Notes under the pieces: generated by a model
Told to the model about the DNA's origin: nothing
Seen by the model: only the letters and a program-made list of their open reading frames with translations
Databases searched by the model: none
In this document: positions 38,701 through 53,200 of the stretch, one piece after another
Position numbering within the stretch: position 1 is the first letter of the stretch
How the letters are laid out: each line of letters begins with the position of its first letter
Made by a program: the position numbers and the translations under genes
Origin: the human T2T-CHM13v2.0 reference genome, Homo sapiens
DNA length: 64,000 nucleotides
Assembly: GCF_009914755.1 (NCBI RefSeq)
Contig: NC_060938.1
Reading direction: 5' to 3' (one strand)

Positions 38701-41700
38701 ACTCTGTTAGCTGCGTGCATATATCCCAAAGAAGATTCTGAGATTGCTTCTGTCTAGTTTTTATGGGAAGATATTTCCCTTTTCACCGTAGGTGTCAAGG
38801 CGCTCCAAATGTCCACTTCCAGATACTACAAAAAGAGTGTTTCAAACCTACTCTGTGAAAGGGAATATTCAACTCTGTGACTTGAATGCACATATCACAA
38901 AGAAGTTTCTGAGAATGCTTCTGTCGAGATTTTATATGAAGATATTCCCGTTTCCAACGAAATCCTGAAATCTATCCAAATATCCCCTCGCAGATTCCAC
39001 AAAAAGAGTGTTTCAAAACTGCTCTTTAAAAAGAAAGGTTCAACTCTGTTAGTTGAGTACACACATCACAAACAAGTTTCACAGAATGCTTCTTTCTAGC
39101 TTGTAGGGGAAGATATTCCCTTTATCACCATGGGCCTCAAACCGTCCGAAAAGTCCACTTCCATATACTACAAAAAGAGCGTTTCAAACCTGCTCTATGA
39201 AAGGCAACGTTCAACTCTGTGACTTGAATGCAGACATCACAGAGCAGTTTCTGAGAATGCTTCTGTCTAGATTTTATAGGAAGATATTCCCGTTTCCAAC
39301 GAAATCTTCACAGCTATCCAAATATCCACTTGCAGATTCTACAAAAAGAGTGTATCAAAACTGCTCTGTCAAAAGGAAGGTTCTTCTCTGTTAGGTGAGT
39401 GCATACGTCATAAAGGAGTTTCTGAGAATGTTTCTGTCTAGTGGTTATGGGAAGATATTTGCTTTTTCCCCGTAGGCCTCAGGGCGCTCCAAATGTCCAC
39501 TTGCACATGCTACAAAAAGAGTGCTTCAAAGCTGCTCTCTGAAAGGGAATGTTCAACTCTATGAGTTGAATGCAAACATCGCAAAGACGTTTCTGAGAAT
39601 GCTTCTGTCTAGATTTGATATGAAGATATTCCCGTTTCCAACGAAATCTTCAAATCTATCCAAATGTCCACTTGCAGATTCAACAAAAAGTGTTTTTCAG
39701 AACTGCTCTATCAAAAGAAAGATCCACCTCTGTTAGCTGAGTTCAGACATCACAAACAAGTTTATGAGAATGCTTCTGTCTAGTTTTTATTTGAAGATAT
39801 TTCCTTTCTCACCATAGACCTGAAAGCTGTCCTAATGTTCACTTCCAGTTACTACAGAAAGAGTATTTCAAAACTGCTGTACGAAAGGGAATGTTCAACT
39901 CTGTGACTTGAATGCACACATCACAAAGAAGTTTCTGAGGATGCTGCTGTCTACTTTTTATACTTAATCCCGTTTCCAACGAAATCCTCCAAGCTATCCA
40001 AATATCCACTTGCAGATTCCACAGAAAGACTGTTTCAAAACTGCTCTGTCAATAGAAAGGTTCAACTCTGTTAGCTGCGTGCATATATCCCAAAGCAGAT
40101 TCTGAGATTGCTTCTGTCTAGTTTTTATGGGAAGATATTTCCCTTTTCACCGTAGGCGTCAAGGCGCTCCAAATGTCCACTTCCAGATACTACAAAAAGA
40201 GTGTTTCAAACCTACTCTGTGAAAGGGAATATTCAACTCTGTGACTTGAATGCACATATCACAAGGAAGTTTCTGAGAATGCTTCTGTCGAGATTTTATA
40301 TGAAGATATTCCCGTTTCCAACGAAATCCTGAAATCTATCCAAATATCCCCTCGCAGATTCTACAAAAAGAGTGTTTCAAAACTGCTCTTTAAAAAGAAA
40401 GGTTCAACTCTGTTAGTTGAGTACACACATCACAAACAAGTTTCACAGAATGCTTCTTTCTAGCTTGTAGGGGAAGATATTCCCTTTATCACCATGGGCC
40501 TCAAACCGTCCGATAAGTCCACTTCCATATACTACAAAAAGAGCGTTTCAAACCTGCTCTATGAAAGGCAACGTTCAACTCTGTGACTTGAATGCAGACA
40601 TCACAGAGCAGTTTCTGAGAATGCTTCTGTCTAGATTTTATAGGAAGATATTCCCGTTTCCAACGAAATCTTCACAGCTATCCAAATATCCACTTGCAGA
40701 TTCTACAAAAAGAGTGTATCAAAACTGCTCTGTCAAAAGGAAGGTTCTTCTCTGTTAGGTGAGTGCATACGTCATAAAGGAGTTTCTGAGAATGTTTCTG
40801 TCTAGTGGTTATGGGAAGATATTTGCTTTTTCCCCGTAGGCCTCAGGGCGCTCCAAATGTCCACTTGCACATGCTACAAAAAGAGTGCTTCAAAGCTGCT
40901 CTCTGAAAGGGAATGTTCAACTCTATGAGTTGAATGCAAACATCACAAAGACGTTTCTGAGAATGCTTCTGTCTAGATTTGATATGAAGATATTCCCGTT
41001 TCCAACGAAATCTTCAAATCTATCCAAATGTCCACTTGCAGATTCAACAAAAAGTGTTTTTCAGAACTGCTCTATCAAAAGAAAGATCCACCTCTGTTAG
41101 CTGAGTTCAGACATCACAAACAAGTTTATGAGAATGCTTCTGTCTAGTTTTTATTTGAAGATATTTCCTTTCTCAACATAGACCTGAAAGCTGTCCTAAT
41201 GTTCACTTCCAGTTACTACAGAGTGTTTCAAAACTGCTGTACGAAAGGGAATGTTCAACTCTGTGACTTGAATGCACACATCACAAAGAAGTTTCTGAGG
41301 ATGCTGCTGTCTACTTTTTATACTTAATCCCGTTTCCAACGAAATCCTCCAAGCTATCCAAATATCCACTTGCAGATTCCACAGAAAGACTGTTTCAAAA
41401 CTGCTCTGTCAATAGAAAGGTTCAACTCTGTTAGCTGCGTGCATATATCCCAAAGAAGATTCTGAGATTGCTTCTGTCTAGTTTTTATGGGAAGATATTT
41501 CCCTTTTCACCGTAGGCGTCAAGGCGCTCCAAATGTCCACTTCCAGATACTACAAAAAGAGTGTTTCAAACCTACTCTGTGAAAGGGAATATTCAACTCT
41601 GTGACTTGAATGCACATATCACAAGGAAGTTTCTGAGAATGCTTCTGTCGAGATTTTATATGAAGATATTCCCGTTTCCAACGAAATCCTGAAATCTATC

Positions 41701-41800
41701 CAAATATCCCCTCGCAGATTCTACAAAAAGAGTGTTTCAAAACTGCTCTGTAAAAAGAAAGGTTCAACTCTGTTAGTTGAGTACACACATCACAAACAAG
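23800..41800. repeat. Large multi-HOR duplication, copy 1 (boundaries approximate)
   Basis: Ordered rare markers shared with 44250-63700: mutated CENP-B boxes 26670/36218, ACTAGT 28160/37708, AGATCT 28712, ggaagcta ~33828/35192, tttctaacg 36911, gagtattt ~39865, aagcagat ~40096, 4-bp deletion 41219. Confidence 0.88.
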
Positions 41801-44249
41801 TTTCACAGAATGCTTCTTTCTAGCTTGTAGGGGAAGATATTCCCTTTATCACCATGGGCCTCAAACCGTCCGATAAGTCCACTTCCATATACTGCAAAAA
41901 GAGCGTTTCAAACCTGCTCTATGAAAGGCAATGTTCAACTCTGTGACTTGAATGCAGACATCACAGAGCAGTTTCTGAGAATGCTTCTGTCTAGATTTTA
42001 TAGGAAGATATTCCCGTTTCCAACGAAATCTTCACAGCTATCCAAATATCCACTTGCAGATTCTACAAAAAGAGTGTATCAAAACTGCTCTGTCAAAAGG
42101 AAGGTTCTTCTCTGTTAGGTGAGTGCATACGTCATAAAGGAGTTTCTGAGAATGTTTCTGTCTAGTGGTTATGGGAAGATATTTGCTTTTTCCCCGTAGG
42201 CCTCAGGGCGCTCCAAATGTCCACTTGCACATGCTACAAAAAGAGTGCTTCAAAGCTGCTCTCTGAAAGGGAATGTTCAACTCTATGAGTTGAATGCAAA
42301 CATCGCAAAGACGTTTCTGAGAATGCTTCTGTCTAGATTTGATATGAAGATATTCCCGTTTCCAACGAAATCTTCAAATCTATCCAAATGTCCACTTGCA
42401 GATTCAACAAAAAGTGTTTTTCAGAACTGCTCTATCAAAAGAAAGATCCACCTCTGTTAGCTGAGTTCAGACATCACAAACAAGTTTATGAGAATGCTTC
42501 TGTCTAGTTTTTATTTGAAGATATTTCCTTTCTCACCATAGACCTGAAAGCTGTCCTAATGTTCACTTCCAGTTACTACAGAAAGAGTGTTTCAAAACTG
42601 CTGTACGAAAGGGAATGTTCAACTCTGTGACTTGAATGCACACATCACAAAGAAGTTTCTGAGGATGCTGCTGTCTACTTTTTATACTTAATCCCGTTTC
42701 CAACGAAATCCTCCAAGCTATCCAAATATCCACTTGCAGATTCCACAGAAAGACTGTTTCAAAACTGCTCTGTCAATAGAAAGGTTCAACTCTGTTAGCT
42801 GCGTGCATATATCCCAAAGAAGATTCTGAGATTGCTTCTGTCTAGTTTTTATGGGAAGATATTTCCCTTTTCACCGTAGGCGTCCAGGCGCTCCAAATGT
42901 CCACTTCCAGATACTACAAAAAGAGTGTTTCAAACCTACTCTGTGAAAGGGAATATTCAACTCTGTGACTTGAATGCACATATCACAAGGAAGTTTCTGA
43001 GAATGCTTCTGTCGAGATTTTATATGAAGATATTCCCGTTTCCAACGAAATCCTGAAATCTATCCAAATATCCCCTCGCAGATTCTACAAAAAGAGTGTT
43101 TCAAAACTGCTCTGTAAAAAGAAAGGTTCAACTCTGTTAGTTGAGTACACACATCACAAACAAGTTTCACAGAATGCTTCTTTCTAGCTTGTAGGGGAAG
43201 ATATTCCCTTTATCACCATGGGCCTCAAACCGTCCGATAAGTCCACTTCCATATACTGCAAAAAGAGCGTTTCAAACCTGCTCTATGAAAGGCAATGTTC
43301 AACTCTGTGACTTGAATGCAGACATCACAGAGCAGTTTCTGAGAATGCTTCTGTCTAGATTTTATAGGAAGATATTCCCGTTTCCAACGAAATCTTCACA
43401 GCTATCCAAATATCCACTTGCAGATTCTACAAAAAGAGTGTATCAAAACTGCTCTGTCAAAAGGAAGGTTCTTCTCTGTTAGGTGAGTGCATACGTCATA
43501 AAGGAGTTTCTGAGAATGTTTCTGTCTAGTGGTTATGGGAAGATATTTGCTTTTTCCCCGTAGGCCTCAGGGCGCTCCAAATGTCCACTTGCACATGCTA
43601 CAAAAAGAGTGCTTCAAAGCTGCTCTCTGAAAGGGAATGTTCAACTCTATGAGTTGAATGCAAACATCGCAAAGACGTTTCTGAGAATGCTTCTGTCTAG
43701 ATTTGATATGAAGATATTCCCGTTTCCAACGAAATCTTCAAATCTATCCAAATGTCCACTTGCAGATTCAACAAAAAGTGTTTTTCAGAACTGCTCTATC
43801 AAAAGAAAGATCCACCTCTGTTAGCTGAGTTCAGACATCACAAACAAGTTTATGAGAATGCTTCTGTCTAGTTTTTATTTGAAGATATTTCCTTTCTCAC
43901 CATAGACCTGAAAGCTGTCCTAATGTTCACTTCCAGTTACTACAGAAAGAGTGTTTCAAAACTGCTGTACGAAAGGGAATGTTCAACTCTGTGACTTGAA
44001 TGCACACATCACAAAGAAGTTTCTGAGGATGCTGCTGTCTACTTTTTATACTTAATCCCGTTTCCAACGAAATCCTCCAAGCTATCCAAATATCCACTTG
44101 CAGATTCCACAGAAAGACTGTTTCAAAACTGCTCTGTCAATAGAAAGGTTCAACTCTGTTAGCTGCGTGCATATATCCCAAAGAAGATTCTGAGATTGCT
44201 TCTGTCTAGTTTTTATGGGAAGATATTTCCCTTTTCACCGTAGGCGTCC

Positions 44250-47200
44250 AGGCGCTCCAAATGTCCACTTCCAGATACTACAAAAAGAGTGTTTCAAACC
44301 TACTCTGTGAAAGGGAATATTCAACTCTGTGACTTGAATGCACATATCACAAGGAAGTTTCTGAGAATGCTTCTGTCGAGATTTTATATGAAGATATTCC
44401 CGTTTCCAACGAAATCCTGAAATCTATCCAAATATCCCCTCGCAGATTCTACAAAAAGAGTGTTTCAAAACTGCTCTCTAAAAAGGAAGGTTCAACTCTG
44501 TTAGTTGAGTACACACATCACAAACAAGTTTCACAGAATGCTTCTTTCTAGCTTGTAGGGGAAGATATTCCCTTTATCACCATGGGCCTCCAACCGTCCG
44601 ATAAGTCCACTTCCATATACTACAAAAAGAGCGTTTCAAACCTGCTCTATGAAAGGCAATGTTCAACTCTGTGACTTGAATGCAGACATCACAGAGCAGT
44701 TTCTGAGAATGCTTCTGTCTAGATTTTATAGGAAGATATTCCCGTTTCCAACGAAATCTTCACAGCTATCCAAATATCCACTTGCAGATTCTACAAAAAG
44801 AGTGTATCAAAACTGCTCTGTCAAAAGGAAGGTTCTTCTCTGTTAGGTGAGTGCATACGTCATAAAGGAGTTTCTGAGAATGTTTCTGTCTAGTGGTTAT
44901 GGGAAGATATTTGCTTTTTCACCGTAGGCCTCAGAGCGCTCCAAATATCCACTTGCACATACTACAAAAAGAGTGCTTCAAAGCTGGTCTCTGAAACGGA
45001 ATGTTCAACTCTATGAGTTGAATGCAAACATCACAAAGACGTTTCTGAGAATGCTTCTGTCTAGATTTGATATGAAGATATTCCCGTTTCCAACGAAATC
45101 TTCAAATCTATCCAAATGTCCACTTGCAGATTCAACAAAAAGTGTTTTTCAGAACTGCTCTATCAAAAGAAAGATCCACCTCTGTTAGCTGAGTTCACAC
45201 ATCACAAACAAGTTTATGAGAATGCTTCTGTCTAGTTTTTATTTGAAGATATTTCCTTTCTCACCATAGAGCTGAAAGCTGTCCTAATGTTCACTTCCAG
45301 ATACTACAGAAAGAGTGTTTCAAAACTGCTGTACGAAAGGGAATGTTCAACTCTGTGACTTGAATGCACACATCACAAAGAAGTTTCTGAGGATGCTGCT
45401 GTCTACTTTTTATACGTAATCCCGTTTCCAACGAAATCCTCCAAGCTATCCAAATATCCACTTGCAGATTCCACAGAAAGGCTGTTTCAAAACTGCTCTG
45501 TCAATAGAAAGGTTCAACTCTGTTAGCTGCGTGCATATATCCCAAAGAAGATTCTGAGATTGCTTCTGTCTAGTTTTTATGGGAAGATATTTCCCTTTTC
45601 ACCGTAGGTGTCAAGGCGCTCCAAATGTCCACTTCCAGATACTACAAAAAGAGTGTTTCCAACCTACTCTGTGAAAGGGAATATTCAACTCTGTGACTTG
45701 AATGCACATATCACAAAGAAGTTTCTGAGAATGCTTCTGTCGAGATTTTATATGAAGATATTCCCGTTTCCAACGAAATCCTGAAATGTATCCAAATATC
45801 CCCTCGCAGATTCTACAAAAAGAGTGTTTCAAAACTGCTCTGTAAAAAGAAAGGTTCAACTCTGTTAGTTGAGTACACACATCACAAACAAGTTTCACAC
45901 AATGCTTCTTTCTAGCTTGTAGGGGAAGATATTCCCTTTATCACCATGGGCCTCAAACCGTCTGAAACGTCCACTTCCATATACTACAAAAAGAGCATTT
46001 CAAACCTGCTCTATGAAAGGCAATGTTCAACTCTGTGACTTGAATGCAGACATCACAGAGCAGTTTCTGAGAATGCTTCTGTCTAGATTTTATAGGAAGA
46101 TATTCCCGTTTCCAACGAAATCTTCACAGCTATCCAAATATCCACTTGCAGATTCTACAAAAAGAGTGTATCAAAACTGCTCTGTCAAAAGGAAGGTTCT
46201 TCTCTGTTAGGTGAGTGCATACGTCATAAAGGAGTTTCTGAGAATGTTTCTGTCTAGTGGTTATGGGAAGATATTTCCTTTTTCCCCGTAGGCCTCAGGG
46301 CGCTCCAAATGTCCACTTGCACATGCTACAAAAAGAGTGCTTCAAAGCTGCTCTCTGAAAGGGAATGTTCAACTCTATGAGTTGAATGCAAACATCACAA
46401 AGACGTTTCTGAGAATGCTTCTGTCTAGATTTGATATGAAGATATTCCCGTTTCCAACGAAATCTTCAAATCTATCCAAATGTCCACTTGCAGATTCAAC
46501 AAAAAGTGTTTTTCAGAACTGCTCTATCAAAAGAAAGATCCACCTCTGTTAGCTGAGTTCAGACATCACAAACAAGTTTATGAGAATGCTTCTGTCTAGT
46601 TTTTATTTGAAGATATTTCCTTTCTCACCATAGACCTGAAAGCTGTCCTAATGTTCACTTCCAGTTACTACAGAAAGAGTGTTTCAAAACTGCTGTACGA
46701 AAGGGAATGTTCAACTCTGTGACTTGAATGCACACATCACAAAGAAGTTTCTGAGGATGCTGCTGTCTACTTTTTATACTTAATCCCGTTTCCAACGAAA
46801 TCCTCCAAGCTATCCAAATATCCACTTGCAGATTCCACAGAAAGACTGTTTCAAAACTGCTCTGTCAATAGAAAGGTTCAACTCTGTTAGCTGCGTGCAT
46901 ATATCCCAAAGAAGATTCTGAGATTGCTTCTGTCTAGTTTTTATGGGAAGATATTTCCCTTTTCACCGTAGGCGTCAAGGCGCTCCAAATGTCCACTTCC
47001 AGATACTACAAAAAGAGTGTTTCAAACCTACTCTGTGAAAGGGAATATTCAACTCTGTGACTTGAATGCACATATCACAAGGAAGTTTCTGAGAATGCTT
47101 CTGTCGAGATTTTATATGAAGATATTCTCGTTTACAACGAAATCCTGAAATCTATCCAAATATCCCCTCGCAGATTCTACAAAAAGAGTGTTTCAAAACT

Positions 47201-50200
47201 GCTCTGTAAAAAGAAAGGTTCAACTCTGTTAGTTGAGTACACACATCACAAACAAGTTTCACAGAATGCTTCTTTCTAGCTTGTAGGGGAAGATATTCCC
47301 TTTATCACCATGGGCCTCCAACCGTCCGAAACATCCACTTCCATATACTACAAAAAGAGCGTTTCAAACCTGCTCTATGAAAGGCAATGTTCAACTCTGT
47401 GACTTGAATGCAGACATCACAGAGCAGTTTCTGAGAATGCTTCTGTCTAGATTTTATAGGAAGATATTCCCGTTTCCAACGAAATCTTCACAGCTATCCA
47501 AATATCCACTTGCAGATTCTACAAAAAGAGTGTATCAAAACTGCTCTGTCAAAAGGAAGGTTCTTCTCTGTTAGGTGAGTGCATACGTCATAAAGGAGTT
47601 TCTGAGAATGTTTCTGTCTAGTGGTTATGGGAAGATATTTGCTTTTTCCCCGTAGGCCTCAGGGCGCTCCAAATGTCCACTTGCACATGCTACAAAAAGA
47701 GTGCTTCAAAGCTGCTCTCTGAAAGGGAATGTTCAACTCTATGAGTTGAATGCAAACATCACAAAGACGTTTCTGAGAATGCTTCTGTCTAGATTTGATA
47801 TGAAGATATTCCCGTTTCCAACGAAATCTTCAAATCTATCCAAATGTCCACTTGCAGATTCAACAAAAAGTGTTTTTCAGAACTGCTCTATCAAAAGAAA
47901 GATCCACCTCTGTTAGCTGAGTTCAGACATCACAAACAAGTTTATGAGAATGCTTCTGTCTAGTTTTTATTTGAAGATATTTCCTTTCTCACCATAGACC
48001 TGAAAGCTGTCCTAATGTTCACTTCCAGTTACTACAGAAAGAGTGTTTCAAAACTGCTGTACGAAAGGGAATGTTCAACTCTGTGACTTGAATGCACACA
48101 TCACAAAGAAGTTTCTGAGGATGCTGCTGTCTACTTTTTATACGTAATCCCGTTTCCAACGAAATCCTTCAAGCTATCCAAATATCCACTTGCAGATTCC
48201 ACAGAAAGACTGTTTCAAAACTGCTCTGTCAATAGAAAGGTTCAACTCTGTTAGCTGCGTGCATATATCCCAAAGAAGATTCTGAGATTGCTTCTGTCTA
48301 GTTTTTATGGGAAGATATTTCCCTTTTCACCGTAGGCGTCCAGGCGCTCCAAATGTCCACTTCCAGATACTACAAAAAGAGTGTTTCAAACCTACTCTGT
48401 GAAAGGGAATATTCAACTCTGTGACTTGAATGCACATATCACAAGGAAGTTTCTGAGAATGCTTCTGTCGAGATTTTATATGAAGATATTCCCGTTTCCA
48501 ACGAAATGCTGAAATGTATCCAAATATCCCCTCGCAGATTCTACAAAAAGAGTGTTTCAAAACTGCTCTGTAAAAAGAAAGGTTCAACTCTGTTAGTTGA
48601 GTACACACATCACAAACTAGTTTCACAGAATGCTTCTTTCTAGCTTGTAGGGGAAGATATTCCCTTTATCACCATGGGCCTCAAACCGTCCGAAAAGTCC
48701 ACTTCCATATACTACAAAAAGAGCGTTTCAAACCTGCTCTATGAAAGGCAATGTTCAACTCTGTGACTTGAATGCAGACATCACAGAGCAGTTTCTGAGA
48801 ATGCTTCTGTCTAGATTTTATAGGAAGATATTCCCGTTTCCAACGAAATCTTCACAGCTATCCAAATATCCACTTGCAGATTCTACAAAAAGAGTGTATC
48901 AAAACTGCTCTGTCAAAAGGAAGGTTCTTTTCTGTTAGGTGAGTGCATACGTCATAAAGGAGTTTCTGAGAATGTTTCTGTCTAGTGGTTATGGGAAGAT
49001 ATTTGCTTTTTCACCGTAGGCCTCAGAGCGCTCCAAATATCCACTTGCACATACTACAAAAAGAGTGCCTCAAAGCTGCTCTCTGTAACGGAATGTTCAA
49101 CTCTATGAGTTGAATGCAAACATCACAAAGACGTTTCTGAGAATGCTTCTGTCTAGATTTGATATGAAGATCTTCCCGTTTCCAACGAAATCTTCAAATC
49201 TATCCAAATGTCCACTTGCAGATTCAACAGAAAGTGTTTTTCAGAACTGCTCTATCAAAAGAAAGATCCACCTCTGTTAGCTGAGTTCAGACATCACAAA
49301 CAAGTTTATGAGAATGCTTCTGTCTAGTTTTTATTTGAAGATATTTCCTTTCTCACCATAGACCTGAAAGCTGTCCTAATGTTCACTTCCAGTTACTACA
49401 GAAAGAGTGTTTCAAAACTGCTGTACGAAAGGGAATGTTCAACTCTGTGACTTGAATGCACACATCACAAAGAAGTTTCTGAGGATGCTGCTGTCTACTT
49501 TTTATACTTAATCCCGTTTCCAACGAAATCCTCCAAGCTATCCAAATATCCACTTGCAGATTCCACAGAAAGACTGTTTCAAAACTGCTCTGTCAATAGA
49601 AAGGTTCAACTCTGTTAGCTGCGTGCATATATCCCAAAGAAGATTCTGAGATTGCTTCTGTCTAGTTTTTATGGGAAGATATTTCCCTTTTCACCGTAGG
49701 CGTCAAGGCGCTCCAAATGTCCACTTCCAGATACTACAAAAAGAGTGTTTCAAACCTACTCTGTGAAAGGGAATATTCAACTCTGTGACTTGAATGCACA
49801 TATCACAAGGAAGTTTCTGAGAATGCTTCTGTCGAGATTTTATATGAAGATATTCCCGTTTCCAACGAAATCCTGAAATCTATCCAAATATCCCCTCGCA
49901 GATTCTACAAAAAGAGTGTTTCAAAACTGCTCTGTAAAAAGAAAGGTTCAACTCTGTTAGTTGAGTACACACATCACAAACAAGTTTCACAGAATGCTTC
50001 TTTCTAGCTTGTAGGGGAAGATATTCCCTTTATCACCATGGGCCTCAAACCGTCCGATAAGTCCACTTCCATATACTACAAAAAGAGCGTTTCAAACCTG
50101 CTCTATGAAAGGCAATGTTCAACTCTGTGACTTGAATGCAGACATCACAGAGCAGTTTCTGAGAATGCTTCTGTCTAGATTTTATAGGAAGATATTCCCG

Positions 50201-53200
50201 TTTCCAACGAAATCTTCACAGCTATCCAAATATCCACTTGCAGATTCTACAAAAAGAGTGTATCAAAACTGCTCTGTCAAAAGGAAGGTTCTTTTCTGTT
50301 AGGTGAGTGCATACGTCATAAAGGAGTTTCTGAGAATGTTTCTGTCTAGTGGTTATGGGAAGATATTTGCTTTTTCACCGTAGGCCTCAGAGCGCTCCAA
50401 ATATCCACTTGCACATACTACAAAAAGAGTGCCTCAAAGCTGCTCTCTGAAACGGAATGTTCAACTCTATGAGTTGAATGCAAACATCGCAAAGACGTTT
50501 CTGAGAATGCTTCTGTCTAGATTTGATATGAAGATATTCCCGTTTCCAACGAAATCTTCAAATCTATCCAAATGTCCACTTGCAGATTCAACAAAAAGTG
50601 TTTTTCAGAACTGCTCTATCAAAAGAAAGATCCACCTCTGTTAGCTGAGTTCACACATCACAAACAAGTTTATGAGAATGCTTCTGTCTAGTTTTTATTT
50701 GAAGATATTTCCTTTCTCACCATAGAGCTGAAAGCTGTCCTAATGTTCACTTCCAGATACTACAGAAAGAGTGTTTCAAAACTGCTGTACGAAAGGGAAT
50801 GTTCAACTCTGTGACTTGAATGCACACATCACAAAGAAGTTTCTGAGGATGCTGCTGTCTACTTTTTATACGTAATCCCGTTTCCAACGAAATCCTCCAA
50901 GCTATCCAAATATCCACTTGCAGATTCCACAGAAAGACTGTTTCAAAACTGCTCTGTCAATAGAAAGGTTCAACTCTGTTAGCTGCGTGCATATATCCCA
51001 AAGAAGATTCTGAGATTGCTTCTGTCTAGTTTTTATGGGAAGATATTTCCCTTTTCACCGTAGGTGTCAAGGCGCTCCAAATGTCCACTTCCAGATACTA
51101 CAAAAAGAGTGTTTCAAACCTACTCTGTGAAAGGGAATATTCAACTCTGTGACTTGAATGCACATATCACAAAGAAGTTTCTGAGAATGCTTCTGTCGAG
51201 ATTTTATATGAAGATATTCCCGTTTCCAACGAAATGCTGAAATCTATCCAAATATCCCCTCGCAGATTCTACAAAATGAGTGTTTCAAAACTGCTCTGTG
51301 AAAAGAAAGGTTCAACTCTGTTAGTTGAGTACACACATCACAAACAAGTTTCACAGAATGCTTCTTTCTAGCTTGTAGGGGAAGATATTCCCTTTATCAC
51401 CATGGGCCTCAAACCGTCCGAAAAGTCCACTTCCATATACTACAAAAAGAGCGTTTCAAACCTGCTCTATGAAAGGCAATGTTCAACTCTGTGACTTGAA
51501 TGCAGACATCACAGAGCAGTTTCTGAGAATGCTTCTGTCTAGATTTTATAGGAAGATATTCCCGTTTCCAACGAAATCTTCACAGCTATCCAAATATCCA
51601 CTTGCAGATTCTACAAAAAGAGTGTATCAAAACTGCTCTGTCAAAAGGAAGGTTCTTTTCTGTTAGGTGAGTGCATACGTCATAAAGGAGTTTCTGAGAA
51701 TGTTTCTGTCTAGTGGTTATGGGAAGATATTTGCTTTTTCACCGTAGGCCTCAGAGCGCTCCAAATATCCACTTGCACATACTACAAAAAGAGTGCCTCA
51801 AAGCTGCTCTCTGAAACGGAATGTTCAACTCTATGAGTTGAATGCAAACATCGCAAAGACGTTTCTGAGAATGCTTCTGTCTAGATTTGATATGAAGATA
51901 TTCCCGTTTCCAACGAAATCTTCAAATCTATCCAAATGTCCACTTGCAGATTCAACAAAAAGTGTTTTTCAGAACTGCTCTATCAAAAGAAAGATCCACC
52001 TCTGTTAGCTGAGTTCACACATCACAAACAAGTTTATGAGAATGCTTCTGTCTAGTTTTTATTTGAAGATATTTCCTTTCTCACCATAGAGCTGAAAGCT
52101 GTCCTAATGTTCACTTCCAGATACTACAGAAAGAGTGTTTCAAAACTGCTGTACGAAAGGGAATGTTCAACTCTGTGACTTGAATGCACACATCACAAAG
52201 AAGTTTCTGAGGATGCTGCTGTCTACTTTTTATACGTAATCCCGTTTCCAACGAAATCCTCCAAGCTATCCAAATATCCACTTGCAGATTCCACAGAAAG
52301 ACTGTTTCAAAACTGCTCTGTCAATAGAAAGGTTCAACTCTGTTAGCTGCGTGCATATATCCCAAAGAAGATTCTGAGATTGCTTCTGTCTACTTTTTAT
52401 GGGAAGATATTTCCCTTTTCACCGTAGGTGTCAAGGCGCTCCAAATGTCCACTTCCAGATACTACAAAAAGAGTGTTTCTAACCTACTCTGTGAAAGGGA
52501 ATATTCAACTCTGTGACTTGAATGCACATATCACAAAGAAGTTTCTGAGAATGCTTCTGTCGAGATTTTATATGAAGATATTCCCGTTTCCAACGAAATC
52601 CTGAAATCTATCCAAATATCCCCTCGCAGATTCTACAAAAAGAGTGTTTCAAAACTGCTCTGTGAAAAGGAAGGTTCAACTCTGTTAGTTGAGTACACAC
52701 ATCACAAACAAGTTTCACGGAATGCTTCTTTCTAGCTTGTAGGGAAAGATATTCCCTTTATCACCATGGGCCTCCAACCGTCCGAAACATCCACTTCCAT
52801 ATACTACAAAAAGAGCGTTTCAAACCTGCTCTATGAAAGGCAATGTTCAACTCTGTGACTTGAATGCAGACATCACAGAGCAGTTTCTGAGAATGCTTCT
52901 GTCTAGATTTTATAGGAAGCTATTCCCGTTTCCAACGAAATCTTCACAGCTATCCAAATATCCACTTGCAGATTCTACAAAAAGAGTGTATCAAAACTGC
53001 TCTGTCAAAAGGAAGGTTCTTTTCTGTTAGGTGAGTGCATACGTCATAAAGGAGTTTCTGAGAATGTTTCTGTCTAGTGGTTATGGGAAGATATTTGCTT
53101 TTTCACCGTAGGCCTCAGAGGGCTCCAAATATCCACTTGCACATACTACAAAAAGAGTGCCTCAAAGCTGCTCTCTGAAACGGAATGTGCAACTCTATGA

